A DNA stretch of 64,000 bases, from NCBI GenBank assembly GCA_035764655.1, contig DASTYU010000043.1:4489-68488 (forward strand). Reading direction: 5' to 3'. Under the pieces are notes generated by a model. It was given only the letters and a program-made list of their open reading frames with translations. It searched no databases and had not been told where the DNA came from. The stretch comes from Candidatus Limnocylindrales bacterium (GTDB taxonomy: Bacteria > Chloroflexota > Limnocylindria > Limnocylindrales > CSP1-4). The position numbers and the translations under genes were made by a program. This document shows, piece after piece, positions 38,310-48,003 of the stretch (positions are counted from its first letter, which is position 1; every line of letters begins with the position of its first letter).

Positions 38310-39365
38310 CTACCCGCCCATCGCGAACATCTCGATCTTCGGCAGGTCGCTCGTCGCCCGCGAGCGCAGCTCCGAATAGCGGTCGTCGCGCCGCTCCCAG
38401 ATCGAGGTCAGGAACGCCCGCAGTGCCTCGTCCGAGGGGTCGCCGCGGACCTGGCCGCGCACGTCATGCCCGCGGACGGCGAACAGGCAGGTGTAGAGCA
38501 TGCCCTCGGCCGAAATGCGCGCCCGGGTGCAGTCCCCGCAGAACGGGCGGGTCACCGACGAGATGATCCCGATCTCGCCCCCGCCGTCGACGTACCGCCA
38601 GCGCTCGGCCACCTCGCCGCGATATGCCGCGCCGATCGGCTGGATCGGCCACGCCCCGTCGACGGTCGCCGCCAGCTCTGCCGCCGGCACGACCTCCTCG
38701 AGGCGCCAGCCGTTCGAGTGCCCGACGTCCATGTACTCGATGAAGCGCAGGGTTACCCCCGTGTCACGGGCCCACCGGGCCATCGGCAGGACGCTTGCCT
38801 CGTTGACGCCGCGGCGCACGACCATGTTGACCTTGACCGGGTCGAGTCCCGCTTCGAGCGCCGCGTCGATCCCGTCGAGCACCCGCGCCACCGGGAAGTC
38901 GATCCCGTTCATCGCCCCGAACACCGCGTCGTCGAGCGAGTCGAGACTCACCGTGACCCGGGTCAGTCCGGCATCGGCCAGGGGCCGAGCCAGCGCGCGC
39001 AGCGCGGACCCGTTCGTGGTCAGCGTGAGGTCGAGCGCTTCGCCGCCCGGTTGGCGCAGCGCCGCGAGCATCCCGATGAGCGCGGGCAGGTTCCGTCGCA
39101 CGAGCGGCTCACCGCCGGTGATCCGCAGCTTCTCGACGCCGAGCTCGACGAACGCCCGCGCCACGCGCTCGATCTCCTCGAACGTGAGGATCTGGTCGTG
39201 CGGCAGGAACGCGTAGTCGCGCCCGAAGACCTCCTTCGGCATGCAGTACGTGCAGCGGAAGTTGCAACGATCGGTCACGGAGATGCGCAGGTCGTGCACG
39301 GGCCGGCCGAGGAGGTCCCGGGGCCGGGCGGCGCCGTGGGCGCGCGGTTCGAGCGTGGCCGTCAT
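38310..39365 (-). CDS. moaA: GTP 3',8-cyclase MoaA (radical SAM molybdenum cofactor biosynthesis)
   Basis: CNFRCTYCMP radical-SAM cluster, GGEPLVR, C-terminal CGDCTRARISAEG second cluster; 351 aa. Confidence 0.9.
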   Translation of the reverse strand: MTATLEPRAHGAARPRDLLGRPVHDLRISVTDRCNFRCTYCMPKEVFGRDYAFLPHDQILTFEEIERVARAFVELGVEKLRITGGEPLVRRNLPALIGMLAALRQPGGEALDLTLTTNGSALRALARPLADAGLTRVTVSLDSLDDAVFGAMNGIDFPVARVLDGIDAALEAGLDPVKVNMVVRRGVNEASVLPMARWARDTGVTLRFIEYMDVGHSNGWRLEEVVPAAELAATVDGAWPIQPIGAAYRGEVAERWRYVDGGGEIGIISSVTRPFCGDCTRARISAEGMLYTCLFAVRGHDVRGQVRGDPSDEALRAFLTSIWERRDDRYSELRSRATSDLPKIEMFAMGG

Positions 39366-39442
39366 GAGACGCTCATCGTAGCCCCGCGACCCTGGATCGT
39401 CGCGGTGCGGCAGGGCACCGATTCGGGACCCGGTGGTGCGGC

Positions 39443-39470
39443 GGTACCACCGGGTTCCACTGCTGGTACC
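39443..39470. promoter_or_regulatory. Inverted repeat GGTACCA-N14-TGGTACC in the moaA / acidic-protein divergent promoter region
   Basis: gcggtaccaccgggttccactgctggtacctc, read directly. Confidence 0.3.
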
Positions 39471-39566
39471 TCTAGCGGACTCCACCACACCATCCACGGC
39501 TGGCAGCATGCGGCCACGCCCTGGACACCCGACCACCCCGTCCACGTCACCAGAGGACCCCGACGC

Positions 39567-41051
39567 ATGGCCACGACTGATGCCCGGCCCGGTTTCAAGC
39601 TCCCGTGGGGCTCCGACCGGTCCGAGTCCGACTCGAACGACGCCGCAGCGTCGCCGCCGGGCACGACCGACGAGCCCGCTGCCACCGTGGAGCACACCGA
39701 TGCAGCCGCCCCGGATCTCGTCGTGAACGAGATCACGCCCGAAGCGCACGCCCAGTCCGACCCATGGCGACTGGCCGATCAGCCTGCCGCCGTTGCGGAG
39801 CCGGCGCCCAGGCGGAAGCCGAACAAGCTGATGGCCGACCTCACGCGGGCCATGCAAACGGCCGCCGAGTCCGCCCGCGACGAGTCGCTCACACGGCTGC
39901 AGACCGAAGCGAAGACATATATCGAGACGGTCCACACGCGCTCTGCGACCGAGGCCGAGCAACTCCGCCAGACCGCCGATTCCGACATCGCCGGCATCCG
40001 CGAGTGGTCGAAGAACGAGATCGCCCGGATCCGCGACGAGACCGACCAGAAGGTCACCGACCGCAAGGCCCGGCTCGAGTCCGACATCGAGGCCCATGCC
40101 GGTCGCATCGAGCGCCGCATCGAGGGCGTCCAGCGCCACGTCGCATGGTTCGAGGGCGAGATGGCCGGCTTCTTCGAGCGTCTGCTCGCCGAAGAGGATC
40201 CGACCAGGCTCGCGTCGATGGCCGAAAACCTGCCCGAGCCCCCGACGTTCGACGACTTCGAGAGCCTGCCCGAGCCGCCCGCTCCCCCGCCCGTCGAGCC
40301 GACGGTCGAGGTCGCGGCCGAAGCCGACGGCGAGGCATTCGCCGGAGAATCCGTCGGCGAGACTTCCGAGGAGGTTCCGGCCGAGGCGCCGGTCGCCGAA
40401 TACGGTGAGCCGACCGCCGAAGGGTATGCCGAGACAACCCCGGAGCATGCCGAGAACCCGGAGGAAGCATTTGCGGCGATCCAGGCGGCCGCCGAGGCCG
40501 CCGCAGCCGCGGAGACGACCGGCGAACCTGGCCTCGGCGAAGCGCAGCCCGATGAGCAGGCCGAGCCCGTGCACGATGCGCCGGCCGGCGACGACACCGA
40601 TCCGCGCCTGGCTGCCCTCGGCTTCGACGGCGACGGTTCGTTCGACGCGCCCGCCGGCGATGGCGAGACCGACCACGCCGAAGGCGCAGGGCCGGTCGAG
40701 GAGATTCCGACGATCGCGGACGACGCGCTGGCCGCTCGCCTCGCCGGGCTCGTCCCGGGCGAGGGCGAGACCGCCGATGCCGACCAGCGCACGACGCGCG
40801 TCGTCGTGACCGGGCTGGTCAGCGTGGCAAGCATCGCGAGCTTCAAGCGCAGCCTCGGGAAGATCGACGGCGTCGCTTCGGTCGGCGTCTCGTCCGGCCC
40901 GGACGGCGAGTTCGTCTTCGCCGTGGGGCACGGAGCCGCGATCGACCTTCCGGGCGCCGTCACGAGCCTGCCGGGCTTCGCCGCCCAGGTGACGTCCGTC
41001 ACCGACGACACGATCTCGGTCGCCGCGCGCGATCCCGAGACCGAGTCCTGA
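39567..41051 (+). CDS. Acidic coiled-coil protein with a long disordered Glu/Ala/Pro-rich linker and a small conserved C-terminal domain
   Basis: Internal ATG of ORF 37824..41051. N-terminal coiled-coil heptads (LTRLQTEAKTYIETV...IARIRDETDQKVTDRKARLESDIEAHAGRIE), a low-complexity acidic segment of about 200 aa, and a C-terminal VVVTGLVSVASIASFKRSLGKIDGVASVGVSSGPDGEFVFAVGHG domain. GAGGGAG RBS before the downstream gene implies an operon. Confidence 0.55.
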   Translation: MATTDARPGFKLPWGSDRSESDSNDAAASPPGTTDEPAATVEHTDAAAPDLVVNEITPEAHAQSDPWRLADQPAAVAEPAPRRKPNKLMADLTRAMQTAAESARDESLTRLQTEAKTYIETVHTRSATEAEQLRQTADSDIAGIREWSKNEIARIRDETDQKVTDRKARLESDIEAHAGRIERRIEGVQRHVAWFEGEMAGFFERLLAEEDPTRLASMAENLPEPPTFDDFESLPEPPAPPPVEPTVEVAAEADGEAFAGESVGETSEEVPAEAPVAEYGEPTAEGYAETTPEHAENPEEAFAAIQAAAEAAAAAETTGEPGLGEAQPDEQAEPVHDAPAGDDTDPRLAALGFDGDGSFDAPAGDGETDHAEGAGPVEEIPTIADDALAARLAGLVPGEGETADADQRTTRVVVTGLVSVASIASFKRSLGKIDGVASVGVSSGPDGEFVFAVGHGAAIDLPGAVTSLPGFAAQVTSVTDDTISVAARDPETES

Positions 41052-41085
41052 TCATCCGGCATCCATAACCGCGAGGGAGCGACAC

Positions 41086-42315
41086 GTGCCTCGTCCCGCC
41101 ATTGCCATCGCGCTCCCGACGGCCGAGGCCGGGCCCGTCGCACACGAGCTCCGCGAGGCCGGGTTCGAACCGATCACGGTCACCCGACCGGAACAGCTCG
41201 AGGCGGTCCTGTTCGAGCGGCGTGACGTCGCGGTCGCGATCATCGACGGTGAGACCGACTTCGACGAGTCGCTCGAGTACTACTCCGTCCTCCACGACGA
41301 GGACCGCGCGGTCGCCACGCTCATGGTCGTGTCGCAGCGCGCCCTGGACCGGCTCAGCGCGCACAACGCCGGCGACGACGACGAGTACCTCACCCGCCCC
41401 TACTCTGCGGAATCGGTTCGCTGGCGCGTCGAGGCCATGTGCATCCGGAGCCACACCATCGACGATGGCAGCGGCCCGATCCTGCTCGGCAACGACACGC
41501 TCGACCCCGACCTGTGGGGCCAGCGCGCTACCGTCATCACGATCTTCAACCCGAAGGGCGGCGTCGGGAAGACGACCATCGCCACCAACCTGGCCGCCGC
41601 GCTGCAGATCCGCAAGGCCAAGCAGGTCCTGCTGGTCGACGCCGACACGGTGACCGGCCACGTGGCGGTCTCGCTCGGCCTGGAGCACGTCCAGACGGTC
41701 GTGGACAGCTGGAGCGACCTCATGGAGGGCGAGGCCATCCCGTCCTTCGCCGACCTGGCCTCGGCACACACCACGGGCATGCGCGTGGTCGCATTGACGG
41801 CGACGCCGCTCCACATCGATGCGCTCGAGCCCGAGCGCGTGGCCGACGCCATCACCGCGGTCCGCCGCGGCTACGACTTCGTGGTCGTCGATCTGCACCC
41901 GTCGTACAGCCCGCTCAACCGTGCGATCTTCGATCGCTCCGACAAGATTCTCGTGCCGGTCACGCCGGACGTCCCGGCCCTGCGCGCCGCCGTCCAGATG
42001 CGCGACGTGGCCAGCGAGCTGGGCATCCGCGACCGCCTGGCGATGATCGTCAACCGCGCCAACAGCGGGGTCTCGGTCGCCGACATGGAGCGCACCGTCG
42101 GCATGCCGGCGATGGCCCAGATCCGCTCCGGCGGCCTGCTCTTCGTGCATGCCGCGAACGCCGGGCGGACGGTCAGCGAGATGTACCCGCGCGAGAAGAT
42201 CACCGAGGACTTCGACGCCCTCGCCGACCGGGTGCTTGGCGTGCCGCTCGCGGCACCCGCCCTCAAGACCGGCTTCCGGCTCTTCTCGCGCTCGAAGGCA
42301 CCGGCCCAGGTCTAG
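41086..42315 (+). CDS. CpaE/TadZ-like protein: N-terminal pseudo-receiver domain + MinD/ParA-family ATPase
   Basis: Deviant Walker A NPKGGVGKTT and Walker B FVVVDLHP. The N-terminal receiver-like fold lacks the acidic phospho-acceptor pocket. No other tad/cpa genes nearby. Confidence 0.8.
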   Translation: MPRPAIAIALPTAEAGPVAHELREAGFEPITVTRPEQLEAVLFERRDVAVAIIDGETDFDESLEYYSVLHDEDRAVATLMVVSQRALDRLSAHNAGDDDEYLTRPYSAESVRWRVEAMCIRSHTIDDGSGPILLGNDTLDPDLWGQRATVITIFNPKGGVGKTTIATNLAAALQIRKAKQVLLVDADTVTGHVAVSLGLEHVQTVVDSWSDLMEGEAIPSFADLASAHTTGMRVVALTATPLHIDALEPERVADAITAVRRGYDFVVVDLHPSYSPLNRAIFDRSDKILVPVTPDVPALRAAVQMRDVASELGIRDRLAMIVNRANSGVSVADMERTVGMPAMAQIRSGGLLFVHAANAGRTVSEMYPREKITEDFDALADRVLGVPLAAPALKTGFRLFSRSKAPAQV

Positions 42316-42950
42316 AGGCGCGCCAGCGCTTCGGGCAGTTCGGCCAGCGTCTCGACGCAGATCGCGGCTTCCGGCGGGTTCAACCGCCCAGCCTGGATCA
42401 GCGCCCACGGACCGCGCCGCACGAACACCGCCACCATTCCCGCCGCCGCAGCCGGCCGAACGTCGTTGTCCAGCCGATCGCCGACGTAGGCAACCTCGCC
42501 CGGATCGAGGCCGAGCTCGCCGGCCACGCGCACGAAGAACGCGGGATCGGGCTTGGCCACGCCCCATGTCGCCGACGACGAGGCGATCGCCAGCGGCACT
42601 GGCAATCCCTGGAGCAGCGCATCTGTCGTCGCGGGCTGGTTGCCGACGATCCCGACCCGGTAGCCCGCCGCGTGGAGGGTCTGCAGGCACGGCTCGGCAT
42701 CCGGGTAGAAGTCGGCCGGCCCCAGCGGGTCGGCGCGCCCGGCGGCGCGCCGCCGCTCCCACTCGGCGCCGACGTCGATTCCGGGGCGGACGATGTCGAA
42801 CACCGCGCGATGGTCGCCGCCAAGCGCGATCACGGCACCCAGCGTCGCCAGGAACGTGAGCCGCGGAACGCGGAGCCAGTCGGCCCAGTCGGTCCAGATG
42901 CGCGTCTCGTCGACGAGCGTCTCGCCGACATCGAAGACGACGGCCCTGAC
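42312..42950 (-). CDS. HAD-superfamily hydrolase
   Basis: Motif I VVFDVGETL, motif III AKPDP, motif IV GDRLDNDV. GTG start. Confidence 0.75.
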   Translation of the reverse strand, partial: VRAVVFDVGETLVDETRIWTDWADWLRVPRLTFLATLGAVIALGGDHRAVFDIVRPGIDVGAEWERRRAAGRADPLGPADFYPDAEPCLQTLHAAGYRVGIVGNQPATTDALLQGLPVPLAIASSSATWGVAKPDPAFFVRVAGELGLDPGEVAYVGDRLDNDVRPAAAAGMVAVFVRRGPWALIQAGRLNPPEAAICVETLAELPEALARL

Positions 42951-42952
42951 GC

Positions 42953-43597
42953 CTATCGGGTGCGGTCCTGCCAGCTGATCCCGCCGAGCGGCTGACCCGG
43001 CAGCTTCTGCGGCCGCTCCCCGGTCGCCCGGTCGACCTGCTCCACGCCACGCAGGAAGAACCGGTTGACGAGGATGGCGTCGACATGATCCGCGACGACG
43101 CGCTCCCCGATCGATGCCGTGGCGTCGACGACCGGGATGAACATCTCGGTGGCACGATCGAGCAGCCGGTTCGGATCCGACCCGGGGTAGAGGAAGACGG
43201 TGCCGACCACACGGAAGGGCGGCACCTCGATCGCGACGTCGTACGACACCTTGTGGACGCGATGGGCGACCTTTTCGGAGTCGCTCTGCGTGGGGAGCGT
43301 GGACTGACCGGCCATGATCAGGATCAGGTCGTATGGGTCGATCGTCTTGAGGCCGGGTGCCGGCGCGAGCGCTTCGGACCCGTCGAGGGGCGCCCAGCTG
43401 ACCTCCGAGAGGACGATCGGCTCGCGGCGATTGACGACGTCCGACAGCCGCCCGTCGATCTGCATCGTCCCGACGAGACGCCACTCCTCGGTCATCCCGT
43501 CGAACGGGATCCCACGCTCGCGCTCCCCGGCGGAGGGATCTCCCGAGCCCCTCGCCTGATCCTCGCCACTCCTGCGCCGCAGGAAGTCGAACGGCAC
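42953..43597 (-). CDS. Hypothetical protein (about 185-215 aa), no recognisable domain
   Basis: Coding-like C-terminal 185 aa (MTEEWRLVGTMQIDGRLSDVV...). The N-terminal part of the ORF-track entry is Ser/Arg-rich antisense of acs and is rejected. Start at 43597 (GTG) or 43495 (ATG). Confidence 0.45.
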   Translation of the reverse strand: MPFDFLRRRSGEDQARGSGDPSAGERERGIPFDGMTEEWRLVGTMQIDGRLSDVVNRREPIVLSEVSWAPLDGSEALAPAPGLKTIDPYDLILIMAGQSTLPTQSDSEKVAHRVHKVSYDVAIEVPPFRVVGTVFLYPGSDPNRLLDRATEMFIPVVDATASIGERVVADHVDAILVNRFFLRGVEQVDRATGERPQKLPGQPLGGISWQDRTR

Positions 43598-43601
43598 CCC
43601 C

Positions 43602-45563
43602 TTATTCCTCCGCTGCGCCCGATTTCTCGCGGATCGTCTCCACGACCGTCGCGTCGGCGAGCGTCGTCGTATCGCCGAGATCGCGGCCCTCCGCGATATC
43701 GCGCAACAGCCGCCGCATGATCTTGCCCGAACGCGTCTTCGGCAGGTCCGGCACGAACATGAGGAACTTCGGCCGCGCGATCGGGCCAATGACGTAGGCG
43801 ACGTGCTCGCGGAGCTGGACGGCGAGCGCGTCCGTCGGCTCCTGGGCGGCCTTGAGGATGACGAACGCGAAGATCGCCTGACCGGTAACCTCGTCCTTCT
43901 TGCCGACCACCGCGGCCTCGGCGACCGCACTGTGGTCGACGAGGGCCGACTCGACCTCGGTCGTGGAGATGCGGTGACCGGCGACGTTCATCACGTCGTC
44001 GACGCGACCGAGCAGCCAGAAATAGCCTTCGTCGTCGCGTTTTGCCCCGTCGCCCGCGAAGTACATCCCCGGATACCGGCTCCAGTACGTCTCCCGGTAG
44101 CGCTCGGGGTCGCCGTAGATGCCGCGCAGCATCGCCGGCCACGGGCGCTTGAGCACGAGATACCCGCCGCCGCCAAGCGGGACGGAATGGCCGTGGTTGT
44201 CGACCACGTCCGCGTCGATTCCCGGGAACGGGAACGTGGCACTCCCCGGCTTCGTGGTGGTCACCCCGGGGAGTGGCGTGATCAGGATCATCCCCGTCTC
44301 CGTCTGCCACCACGTATCGACGACAGGTGTGCGACCACCGCCGATGTGCTCGCGGTACCACATCCACGCCTCGGGGTTGATGGGCTCGCCGACCGACCCG
44401 AGGACGCGCAGCGACGTCAGGTTGTGCCTGGCCGGATGCTCGGGTCCGTGCTTCATGAATGCCCGGATCGCTGTCGGCGCGCAGTACAGGATGGTGACCT
44501 TGTAGTCCTGGACGATCTGCCACCAGCGATCCCAGCCCGGCGTATCGGGCGAGCCCTCGTACAGGACGCCGGTCGTCCCGTTGGCCAGCGGACCGTAGAC
44601 GATGTAGCTGTGCCCGGTCACCCAGCCGATGTCCGCCGCGCACCAGTACACGTCGTCGGGCTTGAGGTCGAAGATCATCTCGTGCGTGTACGAGGTTCCG
44701 AGCAGGTAGCCGGCCGTCGTGTGCAGGATGCCCTTGGGCTTGGCGGTCGTGCCGCTCGTGTAGAGCAGGTACAGCATGTGCTCTGAATCGACGGGCACCG
44801 GCGGGCATTCCTCCGACTGGCGGTCGACGATGTCATGCCACCAGTGGTCCCGGCGCGGGACCATGTGCACGCCGTCGCCAAACCGATCGACCACGATCAC
44901 GTGCTCGATCGACGGCGCGTCCACGACCGCCTCGTCGGCGTGGTGCTTGAGGTTGACCTTGTTGCCCCGCCGCCAGCCACCATCCGCGGTGATCAGCACC
45001 TTCGCGCCGCAGTCGTTGATCCGGCCGGACAGGGCCTCCGCCGAGAACCCGCCGAAGACGACCGTGTGCGGCGCACCGATCCGGGCGCAGGCCAGCATGG
45101 CGATCGGCAGCTCCGGGATCATGGGCATGTAGATGGCCACCCGGTCGCCCTTCTCGACGCCGAGCTCCTTGAGCGCGTTGGCCGCCTTCGAAACCTCCCG
45201 CTTGAGGTCGCTGAAGGTCAGGCTGCGACTGTCGCCCGGCTCGCCGATCCAGTGGTAGGCGACCTTGTCGCCGAGGCCGTTCTCCACGTGCCGATCGACA
45301 CAGTTGTACGCGACGTTGAGCTCGCCGCCTGTGAACCACTTGGCGAAGGGCAGTTCCCACTCGAGGGTGGTCTCGAACGGCTTCGACCAGCTGAGCCGCT
45401 CCCGCGCGAGCCGGGCCCAGAACCCCTCGAAGTCGCGCTCGGCCTCGTCGTACAGCTCGGCCCCGGCGTTCGCCTGGGCGGCGAAGTCCGGGGACGGCGG
45501 ATACGTCCGCCGTTCGGCAAGGAGGTTCTCGATCTCGTGGGACGCGGAGTGGTCGACGCTCAC
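43602..45563 (-). CDS. acs: Acetyl-CoA synthetase (AMP-forming)
   Basis: 653 aa with the YTSGTTAKPKG AMP-binding motif, WCAADIGWVTGHSY, and conserved Acs N- and C-terminal regions (PKTRSGKIMRRLLRDIA). Confidence 0.95.
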   Translation of the reverse strand: MSVDHSASHEIENLLAERRTYPPSPDFAAQANAGAELYDEAERDFEGFWARLARERLSWSKPFETTLEWELPFAKWFTGGELNVAYNCVDRHVENGLGDKVAYHWIGEPGDSRSLTFSDLKREVSKAANALKELGVEKGDRVAIYMPMIPELPIAMLACARIGAPHTVVFGGFSAEALSGRINDCGAKVLITADGGWRRGNKVNLKHHADEAVVDAPSIEHVIVVDRFGDGVHMVPRRDHWWHDIVDRQSEECPPVPVDSEHMLYLLYTSGTTAKPKGILHTTAGYLLGTSYTHEMIFDLKPDDVYWCAADIGWVTGHSYIVYGPLANGTTGVLYEGSPDTPGWDRWWQIVQDYKVTILYCAPTAIRAFMKHGPEHPARHNLTSLRVLGSVGEPINPEAWMWYREHIGGGRTPVVDTWWQTETGMILITPLPGVTTTKPGSATFPFPGIDADVVDNHGHSVPLGGGGYLVLKRPWPAMLRGIYGDPERYRETYWSRYPGMYFAGDGAKRDDEGYFWLLGRVDDVMNVAGHRISTTEVESALVDHSAVAEAAVVGKKDEVTGQAIFAFVILKAAQEPTDALAVQLREHVAYVIGPIARPKFLMFVPDLPKTRSGKIMRRLLRDIAEGRDLGDTTTLADATVVETIREKSGAAEE

Positions 45564-45647
45564 GTGCTCCTCCTGGGTGGCCGGGCCATTCTACCCGCGG
45601 GGCCACCCCGATCCGGCGCCCTCGGCGCCGGCCGTGTCCGGGGCATC

Positions 45648-45664
45648 TCGCGCTCCTGGAACGC
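45648..45664. promoter_or_regulatory. 17-bp perfect palindrome GGAACGCC-G-GGCGTTCC upstream of acs and downstream of mscS
   Basis: Read directly: ctggaacgccgggcgttccttctgg. Confidence 0.3.
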
Positions 45665-45836
45665 CGGGCGTTCCTTCTGGCGGGTGGTTCGCTGCGTGGG
45701 TCAAGCGCCGTTCCATTCGACGGCGTGGCGCCCTGCCGCCGGTGCATTGGCACATCCGGCGACCCACGGGACGAAGCAGCGGTCGCAAGGGTCGGCGGGC
45801 GACCCAGCAGCTGGGATGAGCGGGTCCGGTACGCCC

Positions 45837-46763
45837 TCAGGCGCCGTCCGAGCCCGGTCCGCCGGCCAGCGACTCCGCGCCGGGCAGCGATTCGCCGCCG
45901 TCAGTCGGCGCGTTCGGGTCGCGTGACAGGACGACCCGTTGCGGCCGCGGGATCTCGATGCCGTTCTCGTGGAACGCCGCCAGGAGCCGCTTGCGCAGCT
46001 CGCCGGCCGTGGCCCACTGCTCCCCGGCCCGAACCGAGCCGAGCAGCTTGAGCGTGATACCGAATTCCCCGAGCGCCTCGACCCGCTCCACCCGCGGTCG
46101 CTCGAGGATGCGCCGCTTCCAGACTGGATCGTCGGCCATCTCCCGGCCGACCCGGTCGACCACGTCGATCGCCTTGTCGACGTCAGTGCCATAGGCGACG
46201 GTCACGTCCTGGTTGATGCGCGCCCAGACACGGGTCAGGTTGGAGGCGACCTTGATCTCGCCGTTGGGCACGGTGTGCACGATGCCGTCGAGATCGCGCA
46301 GCGTCGTGCGCCGCAGGCTGAAGTCCTCGACCGTGCCCGCGACGCCGGCGATGCGTACGACGTCACCCTTGGCGAATTGGTTCTCGATGAGAATCAGGGC
46401 ACCGTTGAGGTAGTCGCGCACGAACGCCTGGGCGCCGAAGCCGACCGCGATGCCGACGACGCCGAGGCCGGCGATCGCCGGCCCGATGTCGAGGCCGAGC
46501 TCGCCGAGCACCATCAGCGCGGCAATGATCACGATGAACGCCTGGATGACATGCGTCCCGAGACCGTCCAGCGTGTCCATGCGCTTGCGCAACTCGACCG
46601 CGCTGAGCTCCTGGGCGGTGCCCTCGGTCGCCTCGCGATCGATCAGCGCCTTGACGATCCCGTGGACGAAGATGCGTGCCAGCCAGGCGACGATCAGCGC
46701 GCCGACGATGATGGTCCCGACGGCCAGGATCTGGCTGCCCGGTGGATCGGCGAAGAACTCCAT
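45837..46763 (-). CDS. Mechanosensitive ion channel, MscS family
   Basis: N-terminal TM helices, a conserved pore helix (GLGVVGIAVGFGAQAFVRDYLNG) and the beta-domain GDVVRIAGVAGTVEDFSLRRTTLR. Confidence 0.9.
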   Translation of the reverse strand: MEFFADPPGSQILAVGTIIVGALIVAWLARIFVHGIVKALIDREATEGTAQELSAVELRKRMDTLDGLGTHVIQAFIVIIAALMVLGELGLDIGPAIAGLGVVGIAVGFGAQAFVRDYLNGALILIENQFAKGDVVRIAGVAGTVEDFSLRRTTLRDLDGIVHTVPNGEIKVASNLTRVWARINQDVTVAYGTDVDKAIDVVDRVGREMADDPVWKRRILERPRVERVEALGEFGITLKLLGSVRAGEQWATAGELRKRLLAAFHENGIEIPRPQRVVLSRDPNAPTDGGESLPGAESLAGGPGSDGA

Positions 46764-46845
46764 CGGCCTACTCTAGCCGGGTCGAGATCGCCGGTCGCGA
46801 GGGCCCCCAGATCGACGATTGACGACGAGCTGGCCGAGGGGGAAT

Positions 46846-47175
46846 ATGCACATCCTGTCGCAGTGGAGGACGCCATCGGTGCCGGTGCAGCTGCAGCCCT
46901 TCCCAGCACGGGACGAGGAGTTCGTGCGGAACGTCACCGACGCGTTCGCGTCGGTCTCGGCCGAGGTTTCCGACGACGAGGAGCTGCGCGCGATGGTGGA
47001 GCGACGCCTGCGCGCGACCTATCCCAATGCGGTCGTCCGGATGCAGGATGAGCTCGCCCGCCTCGGCGGCGGGGCCGGCACGATGTACGCCTATCGCGAC
47101 GGCCATGTGGGCGTCGAGGAGGACGGCTTCGCATTCGAGGCCCCGGGCACCGTCATGGAGGCGGGCAGCAGCTGA
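46846..47175 (+). CDS. Small hypothetical protein (about 110 aa)
   Basis: High GC3, balanced acidic composition, GGGGGA RBS before ATG at 46846. No recognisable domain. Confidence 0.4.
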   Translation: MHILSQWRTPSVPVQLQPFPARDEEFVRNVTDAFASVSAEVSDDEELRAMVERRLRATYPNAVVRMQDELARLGGGAGTMYAYRDGHVGVEEDGFAFEAPGTVMEAGSS

Positions 47176-47209
47176 CCCTCGCGCGAGGCGTGCGAACCCG
47201 ACCCCGCCG

Positions 47210-47980
47210 TCAGGCGGCCGCGCCGCCAAGCCGGACCGAGATCGCGGCGGCCGCCTCGCGAGCCTGCGCCGCGAGCTCCGGGATGCGCCGTGGCGTGAGA
47301 CGGAATGCCGGGCCCCAGATGTCGACGGCCGCGATGACGTGGCCGCGCGCATCGTGGACCGGGGCCGCGACCGCGTTGAGCCCGAGCTCGTACTCGCCGA
47401 TGGCCGTGGCGTAGCCGCGCCGCCGGATCCGGGCAAGCTCCTCGAGGAGCGGCTCGAGCTCGACGATCGTGCGCTCGGTGAACGTCACCCGGCCACGTCG
47501 CACGATGCGCAGCACCTCGCGCTCGGCCAGCGCGGCCATCAACACCTTGCCGGATGCCACGCAGTGGAGCGGTACGCTGCGCCCGGTCCAGTCGCCCACC
47601 GCGATCAGGTTCGGGCCGTCGGCCTGGGCAACGGTCAGCAGCGAATCGCCGTTGACCACGCCCAACCCGGTCGTCTCGTGGGTCAGGCGGGCGAGCCGTT
47701 CCAGCTCCGGCATGGCGATGCCGCGCAGGTCCAGCGTGCGCTCCGCGCGCTCGGCGAGGCGGATGACGACCAGCCCCAGCCGGTACTTGCCGGTCTCGTC
47801 GTCCTGCTCGACCAGGCCGCGCTTCTGGAGCGTGGCCAACAGGCGCGACGCCGTGGACTTGTGCAGGCCGAGCCGGCGCGCCAGCTCCGTGACGCCGGCC
47901 TCGCCGGCACTCTCGCCAAGGGCCAGCAGCAGGGCTGCCGCCCGATCGACCGAGCGGACGGCGTTCCCGTCCATCGCCAT
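47210..47980 (-). CDS. IclR-family transcriptional regulator
   Basis: N-terminal wHTH (VTELARRLGLHKSTASRLLATLQKRGLV) and C-terminal IclR effector domain. Start at MAMDGNA (codon 60). Confidence 0.85.
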   Translation of the reverse strand: MAMDGNAVRSVDRAAALLLALGESAGEAGVTELARRLGLHKSTASRLLATLQKRGLVEQDDETGKYRLGLVVIRLAERAERTLDLRGIAMPELERLARLTHETTGLGVVNGDSLLTVAQADGPNLIAVGDWTGRSVPLHCVASGKVLMAALAEREVLRIVRRGRVTFTERTIVELEPLLEELARIRRRGYATAIGEYELGLNAVAAPVHDARGHVIAAVDIWGPAFRLTPRRIPELAAQAREAAAAISVRLGGAAA

Positions 47981-48003
47981 CGCCACGCGCCTCCTCCTTT
48001 CGC

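Noticed and set aside
37824-39566. 5' part of the 1075-aa plus-strand ORF 37824..41051, and the minus-strand ORFs at 37841..38263
   Set aside because: This part covers the non-coding gap and the antisense of moaA. It has no motifs and a junk-like composition. Only the segment from the internal ATG at 39567 was kept. The 873-aa minus-strand ORF 38310..40931 was likewise trimmed to the MoaA portion (38310..39365).
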